Positions 38,201 to 46,725 of a stretch of DNA of 54,765 bases are shown here, piece by piece (the first letter of the stretch is position 1; each line of letters starts with the position of its first letter). This DNA comes from Candidatus Eiseniibacteriota bacterium (lineage in GTDB: Bacteria; Eisenbacteria; RBG-16-71-46; JABDJR01; JAWXBZ01): contig JAWXBZ010000112.1 in assembly GCA_034440375.1 (NCBI GenBank), forward strand, positions 1-54,765. The letters are read 5' to 3'. The translations under genes and the position numbers were made by a program. Below the pieces are notes generated by a model that was not told the origin of the DNA, did not search any database, and saw only the letters and a program-made list of their open reading frames with translations.

Positions 38201-39040
38201 AACGGGCGCCGCGGGAGGGGCCGCCTTTCGTCCCGCCAGTTCCTCGTCGATCTCCGACAGGTACCCTTCCACCTCTGCGGCCGAGGCAAATCGATCGGCC
38301 GGTTCCTTCGCCAGGAGCCGCAGCACCACCGTTTCGAGCGCGGCCGGCAACGACTCGTTGATTGAACGGAGGGGTGGTGGTGCGTCGTGAAGGATCGAGT
38401 AGAGGACGGCCACCCCTTCGCCATTCCACGGCGCGACTCCGGTCAGCGCGCGGTGCAGGATGACACCGAGCGCGAAGAGATCGCCGCGTGCATCCATCCC
38501 CTGACCCTTGATCTGCTCCGGGCACATGTAGGCCGCGGTGCCAAGGATGACGCCGGTGGCGGTATGGAAGTTGGCATCACGCACCTTGGCCAGGCCGAAA
38601 TCGGTCAGCTTGATCGAACCGTCCAGGCCGAGCAGGATGTTCGAAGGTTTCAGATCGCGATGGACGACGTTTCGGCCGTGGGCATGATCGAGGGCCCGAC
38701 ACACCTGGATGGCGATCTTGACCACATCGCCCGATGTGGGCGGCATCGTCAGGAGCCGCTCTTCGAGCGTGGTCCCGTCGACGAACTCCAGGCTGATGCA
38801 GCCGCGTTCCGCGTCGAAATCGAAAAGCGTGGTGATGTTGGGATGGTGGAGAATCGCGGCGGCCCGGGCCTCGAACTCGAAGCGTTGACGGGCAGTCAAG
38901 TCGGTCAGGTACTCGGGCTTGAGGAATTTCAGGGCCACCTGGCGGCCGAGACGTTGATCGACCGCCAGGTGCACTTCGCCCATGCCGCCGACGCCCAGCC
39001 GGCGGACTAATCTGTAGTGCGCAAAATCGCCCGCAATCAT
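35231..39040 (-). CDS. Ser/Thr kinase - STAND/AAA ATPase - TPR protein (paralog B)
   Basis: HRDLKPSN, DFG, AEAGGGKSR, LFLDDLHWAD, GNPFF, C-terminal TPR repeats, no TM segment. Confidence 0.9.
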   Translation of the reverse strand: MIAGDFAHYRLVRRLGVGGMGEVHLAVDQRLGRQVALKFLKPEYLTDLTARQRFEFEARAAAILHHPNITTLFDFDAERGCISLEFVDGTTLEERLLTMPPTSGDVVKIAIQVCRALDHAHGRNVVHRDLKPSNILLGLDGSIKLTDFGLAKVRDANFHTATGVILGTAAYMCPEQIKGQGMDARGDLFALGVILHRALTGVAPWNGEGVAVLYSILHDAPPPLRSINESLPAALETVVLRLLAKEPADRFASAAEVEGYLSEIDEELAGRKAAPPAAPVDTEVGFPATPPDANVTEPAPTLSPPRPQLIGRDSELARLQAALDETRMGHGRTLVLAAEAGGGKSRLMDEFRSRAEATGRLCLFGRCTPQAGRNFQPFVEALEEFARRAAGSRARSAELTASHPELATVLPTLELLLDPGNDPALEPKSKEQLWHLVDTLLKRMARKEPLILFLDDLHWADEGTLSLLHHVTLNHAGAHLLLIGAYRPEDLVRAGDMEPPLVDLLRSLSSSDRFGVMPLAPLDPKATARLIRSALLDDNLSDAWLEGLHHRSMGNPFFALEMARLERADASGLPGTIADVLNRRLARLSVEEREILEMAAVEGEVFHTDVLEAGTGLSRVTLLKRLRVLSQGHHLIAPTEEGHRFSHGLIREVLLEEIPLELKREYHAAVAGTLSNGYADRADYAGRIGHHFFEGGRFAESVSYLTRAGFEARRLFLSERALEFLDQALGALDRAGLNGDRRQEIARARCETLLDSGRPEAARAAALAERERAVADGNDDARTLATIWLGEAALSQGDHAAADAWLSEGLAMATAGLNWAWAARAERKLGELLVLRGDYEAAFERLEAARLACQRLGDETGVAYVRLDAGVVLVRQGRYDQARECFAAAHQQLTAAGERPGQVRALNWLGSVEFQRGESAAALDIFMKARALAREIGHLQESARLQANIANVHLVRGELDVADRSYREALHRFLEIGDLRGVAQSTMALGNVATMRGEFEEAAGHYRQVLTAREQAGDRWGAANVLDNLGVVEYYLGRWSEALDHARRSLAERAQLGDRPGQAESSLNVGHLLGILGDRDGAARLYAEAEALARELGDDRRLARALLSRALDFLWRGEHEPARALVAELAGLELDEPTLIATRRLYEGLAAGPAARDQPEAILRQAALEAEAAGALPEFASARIGLAQAFLYAGRREDAARELDAILPRVAAGRLPLLELRVLVLREAATGGNPGDTARRAELVGWLLQQVPADFPAMPDFNRAPFPIP

Positions 39041-39078
39041 GGCGGGAAGTTTACGTCATGCCCGATCGCGGAGGCAGC

Positions 39079-39564
39079 TCAAGAGCGGAGGCGAATCCAC
39101 CCCTGTGACTTGAGCAAACTCCAAGTGGACGGTACCTGTGGAACGGCCCCATCCTCAACCTGGATCGTCTGCCCCTCGACATTGACCTCGATGTTGATGT
39201 TCCAGCCGACGGACCCGCTCGGCGGGCGGCTGACATAGATGATGCAGGCGTTCGTCGGCGCGATCTGGACGGTATAGAGCTCCGGCAGCGAGGCGACCAA
39301 TTCGGCATACATGGCCGTTGTCGTCTGCGCGCAGGTCCAACCCGGAAGTACCGTGACGATGATGTCGAAAAGCGCGGCCGGCTGGCTGAGCGGCCCGATC
39401 GGGTCGTGGCGGCCAGGCTTGCCGAAGTCCTCGATGGTGATGTGGACGCTTCCACCGCCGGTTGAATTGCCGCCGGTCGTGATGGAACGAATCTGGGCGT
39501 CAGCGGCAACCGTCGTCACCACTGCGAGGACACTGGAAAGCATGAGTGTTTTCAAGAGATGCAT
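39079..39564 (-). CDS. small secreted protein homologous to the IPTL protein, with TWxxLK-type tail
   Basis: Signal peptide ending ADA, SD GGAGGGAG, shared ITIExFxKP and CxQTxT motifs, tail VPSTWSLLKSQGW. Confidence 0.8.
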   Translation of the reverse strand: MHLLKTLMLSSVLAVVTTVAADAQIRSITTGGNSTGGGSVHITIEDFGKPGRHDPIGPLSQPAALFDIIVTVLPGWTCAQTTTAMYAELVASLPELYTVQIAPTNACIIYVSRPPSGSVGWNINIEVNVEGQTIQVEDGAVPQVPSTWSLLKSQGWIRLRS

Positions 39565-39760
39565 CGGCTCCCTCCAAGGGGGAATCAAGAAACCGGCGGC
39601 GCCAATTGTCCCCAATCAATTGCGCGTGGGCGCGATGCCGGCAGGCTGCTGCAACCGGTTTATACCCAACCGGTGCGCCAGTGAGAGGAAGTCTAACTCA
39701 CTTCCCACTTCAGCGCCCCATGCAAAAGAGGATTTGCCCTGTCTCCAGCCTGATTTTGGC

Positions 39761-42700
39761 CTACGGAAGGGGAAGCATTTCCCAGTCCGCCTCGGTCCTC
39801 GGGGCCTGGCCTGGCGGCAGATGCAAGTTAAGGGCGGCCAGGATCTCGGCCGCTCCTGGCCTCGGTGCCCCGGCACTTTCAAGCAGGCGGTGAGCCAGGA
39901 GCCGGAGCGTCGGCAGGGCGCCAACCGGCAGCCGGTCAATGACTTCTCCAGCTTCACGGGCGGTCTCCAGGGGGTCCCGGATCAGCAGGTGGCGCCCACG
40001 AGCCAGCCGGGCCGCCGCCAGTTCCGGGAGCGCCTTCGATCGCTCGCCGGCCGCCACCGCCTGGTCGAACCGCTCCCCCGTCAGGACCGGGTCGCCGCCG
40101 GCTCCGGCCATGGCCTCGAGGAGCTGACCCCGGGCCAGAAGGGCCGGATCCGACACCTGACGGGCGTTGGACAACAGGAGCTGCTCCGCGGCCGCCGCGG
40201 CGTTTCCCTTGAAGAGTTCGAGCCCGGCCAGCATGAGCCTCGCCTTCACCTCGCGATCCGCGTCGCCCATCTCCATGGCAAGGATCAGTGCGTCCTTGAA
40301 AAGTTTTCGCGCCAACGCCGTGCCGCCCAGCACCTGGTACAACGCCCCGACATTGAGGGACGATTCGATCTGCCCGGGCCGGTCGCGCAACTCCTCGCGG
40401 ATCGTCTGGGCATGCAGCATGTGAACGCGGGCATCTTCCCAGCGGCCGAGCCGGTATTCGGTGACCCCGAGATTGTCCAGCCCATTGGCCATGCCCCAGC
40501 GGTCCTTCATGGTTTCACGGGGCACCAGCGATTGTCGGTAGGACTCGGCAGCCGCCTCATACTCCCCGCGAAGGAAATTGACATTGCCCAGCGCCATCAG
40601 GGCCTGGGCCTCGCCACGATGATCGCCGATGCCGTGGAATCGTGTCCGCGAATCCTCGTACGCCGCCTCGGCCCGGGCGATGTCGCCCCGCGCCAGGTGG
40701 ACGTTCCCGATGTTGGCCTGGAGATTGGCCACCCCCTGCCGGTCGCCGATCCGACCGGCAACCGGCAGAGCCGCCTCGCAAGTGGCCAGGGCCTCATCGA
40801 GATTCCCCCGTCGCCGGAACAGGCTGCCAAGGAACGACAGCGTGCGCGCCTCGCCGTGACGATCACCCAGCGAGCGGAACTCGGCCAGCGCAGCCTCGAG
40901 GCTTTCCCTGGCGGCCTCGAACTCGCCGCGCCGTGCGTGAAGTGCCCCCATGTCCATCCGGACCTCGGCCACCCCCTGCCGGTCGTCGGTTGCCTCGAGT
41001 CGTTCGCGCGCCGCGGTGTAGCGAGTCACCGCCGAATCGAAATCGCCGCGCCGCAGGGAGAGTGTCGCCAGCTTGCGCTGGCTCCTCGGCACGCCGGTGG
41101 AAGCCGATTCATCCTGTTGATAGTGCTCGAAGGCCAGCTGGAGATGCGCTTCGGCCGCGTCGTAATCACCCGCCTCGAGGGCGGCCTCCCCCAGGATCTC
41201 CTCGGCCGCCGGCCGATCGGGATGATCCGGCGTGGCCGTTGCATCCGCCAGCATCAACTCGGCCGCCTGGCGCGCGTCGGCCGGCCGCCCCAGCTTGACC
41301 AGCACCGCGGCCCGCGCCCCGAGGATTTCCGTCCGCCGCGGCGTCAGACCGACCGATCCCTGATGCGCGGTCAGCGATCGGTCGAGATAAATCAACGCCC
41401 GGTCGTACAGGAAGAGGCGGCGGGCTTCGGCGGCCGCGCGCCACAAGTATGGCAATGCTTCCTCCAATCGTCCGGCGCGATAGAGATGCCCGGAAATCTG
41501 CCCCGCGTAGTCCGACCGGTCCGCGTAGCCCTTGAGGAGATAGGACGCCACCACGGAATGGCACTCCTGCCGGAGGTCGGCAGGAAGCTCCTTGAGCAGC
41601 ACTTCCCGAATCAATCCCTGCGTGAAGCGATATCCCTCGGCGATCGGCTCGACCAGCTCATGTGTCCTGGACAGATCGCGCAGCCGGGACAGGAGCTTGA
41701 GGCGCGGCATGCCGGTGGCCTCGGCGATGATGTCGGCGTGGAACGTGGCTCCCTCGACGGCGGCCACGTCGAGAATCTCGCGCTCCTCGTTGCTGAGTCG
41801 CGCCAGGCGTCGCGCCACGACATCGGCGATGTTCCGCGGCAGAAGCGCCTTGCTCGACTCGTCGGTCGATTGGTCGGCGGACACGGCCGTTGGGTCCGGC
41901 GTCGAGATGAGCCGCAGAATCTCCACCGTGAAGAGCGGATTTCCCTGTGCCCGCCGGTGAATCAGCGGCGCCATCGAGGCGGCCAGTGGACTGTCGGGGA
42001 AGGCCGCCTTGATGATCAACGCCGTGCCGGCCTCGTCGAGCGGCGGTAGTTCGATGACCTCGAGATTCGAGCCCTCGGCCAGGCCGCGCACCATCTCCCC
42101 CGATTCGCGCGTCCGCCCCGCCGGATCGACCAGTTCCTCCGGTCGGTACATGCCAAGGAGCATGAGCCGGGATTCGGCGATATTTCGCGCCAGGTGCCAG
42201 GAGAGCGCCACGGTTCCCTCGTCGGCCCAATGGAGATCGTCGATGATCAGGACGAGCGGCACCACTTCGGCAATTCGCTTCAGCACCGATTCGAGGAGGA
42301 ACCAGAGTTCCTCACGGGTCCTGGGCTGTCCGCCGGCCGGCGCGTCGTCCAGCAGCAACTGCAACGTCGGCAGGAGCGAACCCAATGCCTCCGGATCCGC
42401 CGACAGATCGGCCAGGTAGCGATCGCCGCCATCCACGACGCCGTGGGCAAATCCCTCCAGCGCGTCGACCAACGCGCCGAAGTTGCGGTTCCCCTGCTGG
42501 TGGCAGATCCCCTTCAGAAACAGGACTCGCTTCTTCCGACTCCGTCGGGCCACCTCGTCGACGAACCGGCTCTTCCCCGCGCCGGCCGTGCCACGGATCA
42601 AGACCGGGCGGCCGATGCCGGTCTCCATTTCCGTCAGGAGTTCGTCCATCTTGAGGAGAGCCTCGTCCCGCCCGACGAATGGAAGTTCGGATCGCTCTCC

Positions 42701-43621
42701 CTCGCGTGGCGGAACTGCCCTTGGCGCGGGGGTCGTCGACGCTTGCGACCCCTTCGCCGGTTTCGGTGCGGGTGGTGCCGGGGTGGCTACGGCGGGACGC
42801 ATCTCGGGCGGCAGGAGCAGCCAGGCCTCGGCCTCAAGCAGGTAGGATTCCGCAAGGCTGGCCGAACCGAGACGAGTTTCGGGCTCCTTGTCCATGAGAC
42901 GCGTCACCAATTCATCCAGTGACGGCGGCGCATCCGGCGCGACCAGGCTCAATGGCTCCGGCTCGTGCTGCAGCACGGCGAACAGGACTTCCATGAGGCT
43001 CTCGCCAGGCCAGGGCAGCCGGCCGACCATCGCGCGATAAACAAGCACGCCCAGCGCGAACAGATCGCCGCGATGATCCGAACCAAGCCCCGAGATCCGC
43101 TCCGGCGCCATGTAGGCCGGTGTCCCCTGCGCGATCTCCTGGGTGGCCTGCGCCAGCGCATCCCGCACCTTGGCCAGGCCAAAGTCCGAAAGCTTGACGC
43201 TTCCGTCCTTGCCAAGAAGGACGTTGGCCGGCTTCAGATCGCGGTGAACGACATTGCGGCCGTGGGCATGGGCCAGCCCGCGACAGATGGCCAGGCAGGT
43301 CTGCACGGCCAGGAGCGGGTCCATCGGCTGCTCCAGCCGATCTTCGAGCGTCTCCCCCTCCACGAACTCAAAGGAGAGGAATCCCTGCTCGCCGTCGAAT
43401 TCATACAGGGTCGTGATATGCGGATGATTGAGGATGGCGGCCGCCCGCGCCTCAAACTCCATGCGCTGCCGCGCCTTGGCATCCCCCAGGAGTTCCGGAC
43501 GGAGGAACTTGAGCGCCACCTGACGCCCCAGCCGCGTATCCTCGGCCTTGAAAACCTCCCCCATCGCCCCCGCCCCAAGGCGCCCGAGGATCTTATAGTG
43601 GGATACTTGCTCGGCGATCAT
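39761..43621 (-). CDS. Ser/Thr kinase - STAND/AAA ATPase - TPR protein (paralog A)
   Basis: HRDLKPAN, DFG, GTPAYMAPE, GTAGAGKSR, IIDDLHWAD, GNPLF, TPR repeats. Confidence 0.9.
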   Translation of the reverse strand: MIAEQVSHYKILGRLGAGAMGEVFKAEDTRLGRQVALKFLRPELLGDAKARQRMEFEARAAAILNHPHITTLYEFDGEQGFLSFEFVEGETLEDRLEQPMDPLLAVQTCLAICRGLAHAHGRNVVHRDLKPANVLLGKDGSVKLSDFGLAKVRDALAQATQEIAQGTPAYMAPERISGLGSDHRGDLFALGVLVYRAMVGRLPWPGESLMEVLFAVLQHEPEPLSLVAPDAPPSLDELVTRLMDKEPETRLGSASLAESYLLEAEAWLLLPPEMRPAVATPAPPAPKPAKGSQASTTPAPRAVPPREGERSELPFVGRDEALLKMDELLTEMETGIGRPVLIRGTAGAGKSRFVDEVARRSRKKRVLFLKGICHQQGNRNFGALVDALEGFAHGVVDGGDRYLADLSADPEALGSLLPTLQLLLDDAPAGGQPRTREELWFLLESVLKRIAEVVPLVLIIDDLHWADEGTVALSWHLARNIAESRLMLLGMYRPEELVDPAGRTRESGEMVRGLAEGSNLEVIELPPLDEAGTALIIKAAFPDSPLAASMAPLIHRRAQGNPLFTVEILRLISTPDPTAVSADQSTDESSKALLPRNIADVVARRLARLSNEEREILDVAAVEGATFHADIIAEATGMPRLKLLSRLRDLSRTHELVEPIAEGYRFTQGLIREVLLKELPADLRQECHSVVASYLLKGYADRSDYAGQISGHLYRAGRLEEALPYLWRAAAEARRLFLYDRALIYLDRSLTAHQGSVGLTPRRTEILGARAAVLVKLGRPADARQAAELMLADATATPDHPDRPAAEEILGEAALEAGDYDAAEAHLQLAFEHYQQDESASTGVPRSQRKLATLSLRRGDFDSAVTRYTAARERLEATDDRQGVAEVRMDMGALHARRGEFEAARESLEAALAEFRSLGDRHGEARTLSFLGSLFRRRGNLDEALATCEAALPVAGRIGDRQGVANLQANIGNVHLARGDIARAEAAYEDSRTRFHGIGDHRGEAQALMALGNVNFLRGEYEAAAESYRQSLVPRETMKDRWGMANGLDNLGVTEYRLGRWEDARVHMLHAQTIREELRDRPGQIESSLNVGALYQVLGGTALARKLFKDALILAMEMGDADREVKARLMLAGLELFKGNAAAAAEQLLLSNARQVSDPALLARGQLLEAMAGAGGDPVLTGERFDQAVAAGERSKALPELAAARLARGRHLLIRDPLETAREAGEVIDRLPVGALPTLRLLAHRLLESAGAPRPGAAEILAALNLHLPPGQAPRTEADWEMLPLP

Positions 43622-43739
43622 GGCGGTGGGAGAGTATCAGGAATGGCCACTGGCTACTGGCTCGCGATGTGAATATGCTGTAACTCAAGCTTTAACGCGA
43701 TATCTGATTTCGCAAGACAAACAGAAGGGAACCGCCGCC

Positions 43740-43976
43740 ATGCCAGGCACGAAAATCACGGTCCAGCCGAACGGATCCATCCGCATCGAAGGGGATTTTG
43801 AGATCGTTGATTCGACCGGGGCGGCCTATGGCTTGGCCGGGCGGAAAACTGTCTCGCTTTGCCGCTGCGGGCAGTCGAACAACAAGCCGTTTTGTGACGG
43901 CTCGCACAAGGCCTGTGGCTTTACGCACGGGCCGGTGGCCTTCGAGCTGCCGCCGCCGGCACGACCACCCTCATGA
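43740..43976 (+). CDS. CDGSH iron-sulfur domain protein
   Basis: LCRCGQSNNKPFCDGSH. Confidence 0.92.
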   Translation: MPGTKITVQPNGSIRIEGDFEIVDSTGAAYGLAGRKTVSLCRCGQSNNKPFCDGSHKACGFTHGPVAFELPPPARPPS

Positions 43977-44000
43977 TCCCTTCCTTCGCCGACCTGATCC

Positions 44001-45017
44001 CTACCGCTTCCCCGCCACGAAATCCGCGTATCGCCCCACGTCCTCGGTGCTGCCGATGATCAGCGGGGTGCGCTGGTGCAGCCCGTCGGGCACCTTGTCC
44101 AGGATGCGCTGGCGGCCGTCGATGGCGGCGCCGCCGGCTTGCTCGACGATGAAGGCCAGGGGGTTGGCCTCGTACAGCAGGCGGAGTTTACCCTCTGGAT
44201 TCCTGTTGTCGGCGGGGTAGAGATAGATGCCGCCGTACAAGAGCGTGCGGTGGATGTCGCAGACCATCGAGCCGATGTAGCGGCTGGAGTAGGGGCGGTT
44301 GTCGGACTTCTCCTCGGCCTTCACCCAGTCGACGTAGCGGCGCGTGGGCTCATCCCACCGGTGATAGTTTCCTTCATTCGTGGAGTAGATCTGGCCGCGC
44401 TTCGGGATGCGGATGTTCTCGTGGCTCAGGAGGAACTCACCAACGGAGGGGTCGAGCGTGAAACCGTGGACGCCGGCGCCGGTCGTGTACACGAACATCG
44501 TGCTGGAGCCGTACATCACGTATCCGGCGGCCACCTGCTTGAATCCCGGCTGCATGCAGTCGGTGGCGTCGCCCCGGCCGTCGCCGGGGGTGATGCGGCG
44601 CAGAACCGAAAAGATCGTGCCGATCGTGACGTTGGCGTCGATGTTCGAGGATCCGTCCAGCGGGTCATAGTTCAGTACGTACTTGCCGCACGGGTACGGG
44701 TCCGGAATATGGAGAACTTCCTCGTTCTCCTCGCTGGCCATCACGCACAAATGGCCGCCATGATCCATCGCCCGGAACATCGTCAGGTCGGCGAAGACAT
44801 CCAGCTTCTCCTGTTCCTCGCCCTGGACATTCACATCACCGGCCTTGCCAAGAATGTTGACCAGCCCGGCCTTGGTCACCTCGCGCTGAATCATCTTGGC
44901 GGCCAGCGTGATATCCGACATCAATCCCGAGAAATCACCGGTGGCGCCGGGGAAATTTCGCTCCATCTCCATGATGTGGCGTGAGATGGTGACGACCTTG
45001 GAAGTCATGAGCCCCAC
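44001..45017 (-). CDS. fbp: class 1 fructose-1,6-bisphosphatase
   Basis: NVQGEEQEKLD, SEE, DPLDGSSN, RYIGSMV, GKLRLLYE. Confidence 0.96.
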   Translation of the reverse strand: MGLMTSKVVTISRHIMEMERNFPGATGDFSGLMSDITLAAKMIQREVTKAGLVNILGKAGDVNVQGEEQEKLDVFADLTMFRAMDHGGHLCVMASEENEEVLHIPDPYPCGKYVLNYDPLDGSSNIDANVTIGTIFSVLRRITPGDGRGDATDCMQPGFKQVAAGYVMYGSSTMFVYTTGAGVHGFTLDPSVGEFLLSHENIRIPKRGQIYSTNEGNYHRWDEPTRRYVDWVKAEEKSDNRPYSSRYIGSMVCDIHRTLLYGGIYLYPADNRNPEGKLRLLYEANPLAFIVEQAGGAAIDGRQRILDKVPDGLHQRTPLIIGSTEDVGRYADFVAGKR

Positions 45018-45026
45018 TCCTCCCTC

Positions 45027-46346
45027 CTAACGCGAAAGGTCCGCGAGGACCTTCTTGATGATGCCGATTCCTTGTTCGATCTCGGAATCGGTGACGGTGA
45101 GGCTCGGGCGGAAACGCACCGAAGTGGCGCCGCAGGGGAGGACGATCAGCTTTCGGTCGAAGCAGTCGTCGATGAACTTCGTGCGTTGGTCGGGCGATGG
45201 CAGGTCGAACGCGCACATGAGGCCGCGGCCGCGCGCCTGGCTGATCAAGAGCGGGAAATCGCGCTGCAATTCCTCGAGCTGTTCGACGAGGTAGTGGCCG
45301 CGCAGGTGGCTGTTCTCGACCAGCTTTTCCTCATGGATGATCTCCAGGTAGCGCTGGCTCCGGGCCATGTCGACCAGGTTGCCGCCCCACGTGGAGTTGA
45401 TGCGGCTCGGAACCTTGAAAACCGAATCGATCTCATTGATGCGATCGGTGGCCATGAAGCCGCAGATCTGCATCTTTTTTCCGAAAGCCAGGAGATCGGG
45501 CACCACCCCGAAATGCTCGTACGCCCACATTTTTCCGGTCAAACCGACGCCCGTCTGCACCTCGTCGAAGATGAGCAGGAACTCGTGCTGGTCCGCCAGG
45601 CGGCGCAATTCGCGCAGGAACTCGCCGCGTACATGGTTATCGCCCCCCTCGGCCTGGATCGGTTCGATGATCAGCGCGGCGATGTCGTCACCGTGCCGCT
45701 CGATGGCCGCCTCGATCTCAGCCAGCGAATGCTGTTCGGCCTGCATGGCCGCTCGGAGATTGGCGTCGTCCAGCGGGAAGCGGCAACGGGGATGGCTGAT
45801 CCGTGGCCACTCGAACTTCGGGAAGTACTGGGTCTTGTTCGGGTCGGTGTTGGTCAGGCTCAGGGTGTAGCCGGTGCGGCCGTGAAACGCGTGGCGGAAG
45901 TGGATGATCCGGCTCCCCAGTTCCTCTTCATACCCCTTGGCCGCGTTCTTGCGAACCTTCCAGTCAAACGCCGCCTTGAGCGCATTCTCGACACCGAGTG
46001 CACCGCCCGAAATCCAGAAGACATGCGGCATTTCGGCTGGCTGCGCGAGGCGGCGAAACGTGTCGACAAAGTCGGCCATCACCGTCGTGTAGAAATCGGC
46101 GTTCGAGGGATTGTGGATGGCCACCGCCCCCATGTGACGCTTGAACTCCGCGTTGTTGACCCGGGGATGATTGTGGCCGATCGGGTTCGTCGCGAAGTAG
46201 GAGAAGAAGTCGAGGTATTCGTCGCCGGTCACGGCATCGACCAGGAACGAGGAGTGGCTCTTCTCAAGATCGACGACCAGCGGATAGCCGTCAATCAACA
46301 TGGTTTTCTTCAGGGTCTCGTGGACTTCGGGCACGCGGACGGTCAT
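45027..46346 (-). CDS. lat: L-lysine 6-transaminase
   Basis: GALGVENALKAAFDWK, AFHGRTGYTLSLT, EPIQAEGGD, DEVQTG, FGKK, SRINSTWGGNL. Confidence 0.88.
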   Translation of the reverse strand: MTVRVPEVHETLKKTMLIDGYPLVVDLEKSHSSFLVDAVTGDEYLDFFSYFATNPIGHNHPRVNNAEFKRHMGAVAIHNPSNADFYTTVMADFVDTFRRLAQPAEMPHVFWISGGALGVENALKAAFDWKVRKNAAKGYEEELGSRIIHFRHAFHGRTGYTLSLTNTDPNKTQYFPKFEWPRISHPRCRFPLDDANLRAAMQAEQHSLAEIEAAIERHGDDIAALIIEPIQAEGGDNHVRGEFLRELRRLADQHEFLLIFDEVQTGVGLTGKMWAYEHFGVVPDLLAFGKKMQICGFMATDRINEIDSVFKVPSRINSTWGGNLVDMARSQRYLEIIHEEKLVENSHLRGHYLVEQLEELQRDFPLLISQARGRGLMCAFDLPSPDQRTKFIDDCFDRKLIVLPCGATSVRFRPSLTVTDSEIEQGIGIIKKVLADLSR

Positions 46347-46647
46347 GTCGATTCCTTTCATTCCAATCGGTGGGGCCGTGGGGCCCTCCGGAAGCTGCGG
46401 CACTCGTTGGACGGTTCGGGGAACGGTGTGAAGCCCGCCATCGAGCGGGCCGGTCGGTTGCCCGCTTGTTATCGGGCGGACGAACCGCTTAGCCCCAACC
46501 CCGGTACGCGCAAAGCCGGAATGACAGGTGCGGGCGAAGGAGGTGGAAGGAATTCACCTGACTCGTCATGCCGGCCCCCGGATCGGTCAATCAATCGATA
46601 CGACGGAATGCGGATGGCTCCACGCACGCCGACCATTCATGATGCAT

Positions 46648-46677
46648 ATGGTAGCATTCCGCCGCCAGTCAGGTCAA
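46648..46677 (-). promoter_or_regulatory. sigma70-like promoter upstream of lat
   Basis: TTGACC-18bp-TACCAT with an extended TGn element. Confidence 0.55.
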
Positions 46678-46725
46678 AGGGATCTGGCGCTGTAAACCAT
46701 TGATACGGTTGATGTTGCCACCAAT

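Noticed and set aside
39311-42049. 912-aa plus-strand ORF
   Set aside because: Antisense shadow of the kinase-STAND-TPR gene, with no motifs. Such shadows are common in high-GC DNA.
35231-43621. Calling the STAND kinases Avs anti-phage systems
   Set aside because: The architecture is compatible, but there is no defence-island context and kinase-AAA-TPR proteins are widespread regulators. Kept only as one hypothesis.
46347-46640. Canonical lysine riboswitch upstream of lat
   Set aside because: The conserved L-box sequence elements were not recognisable by eye.
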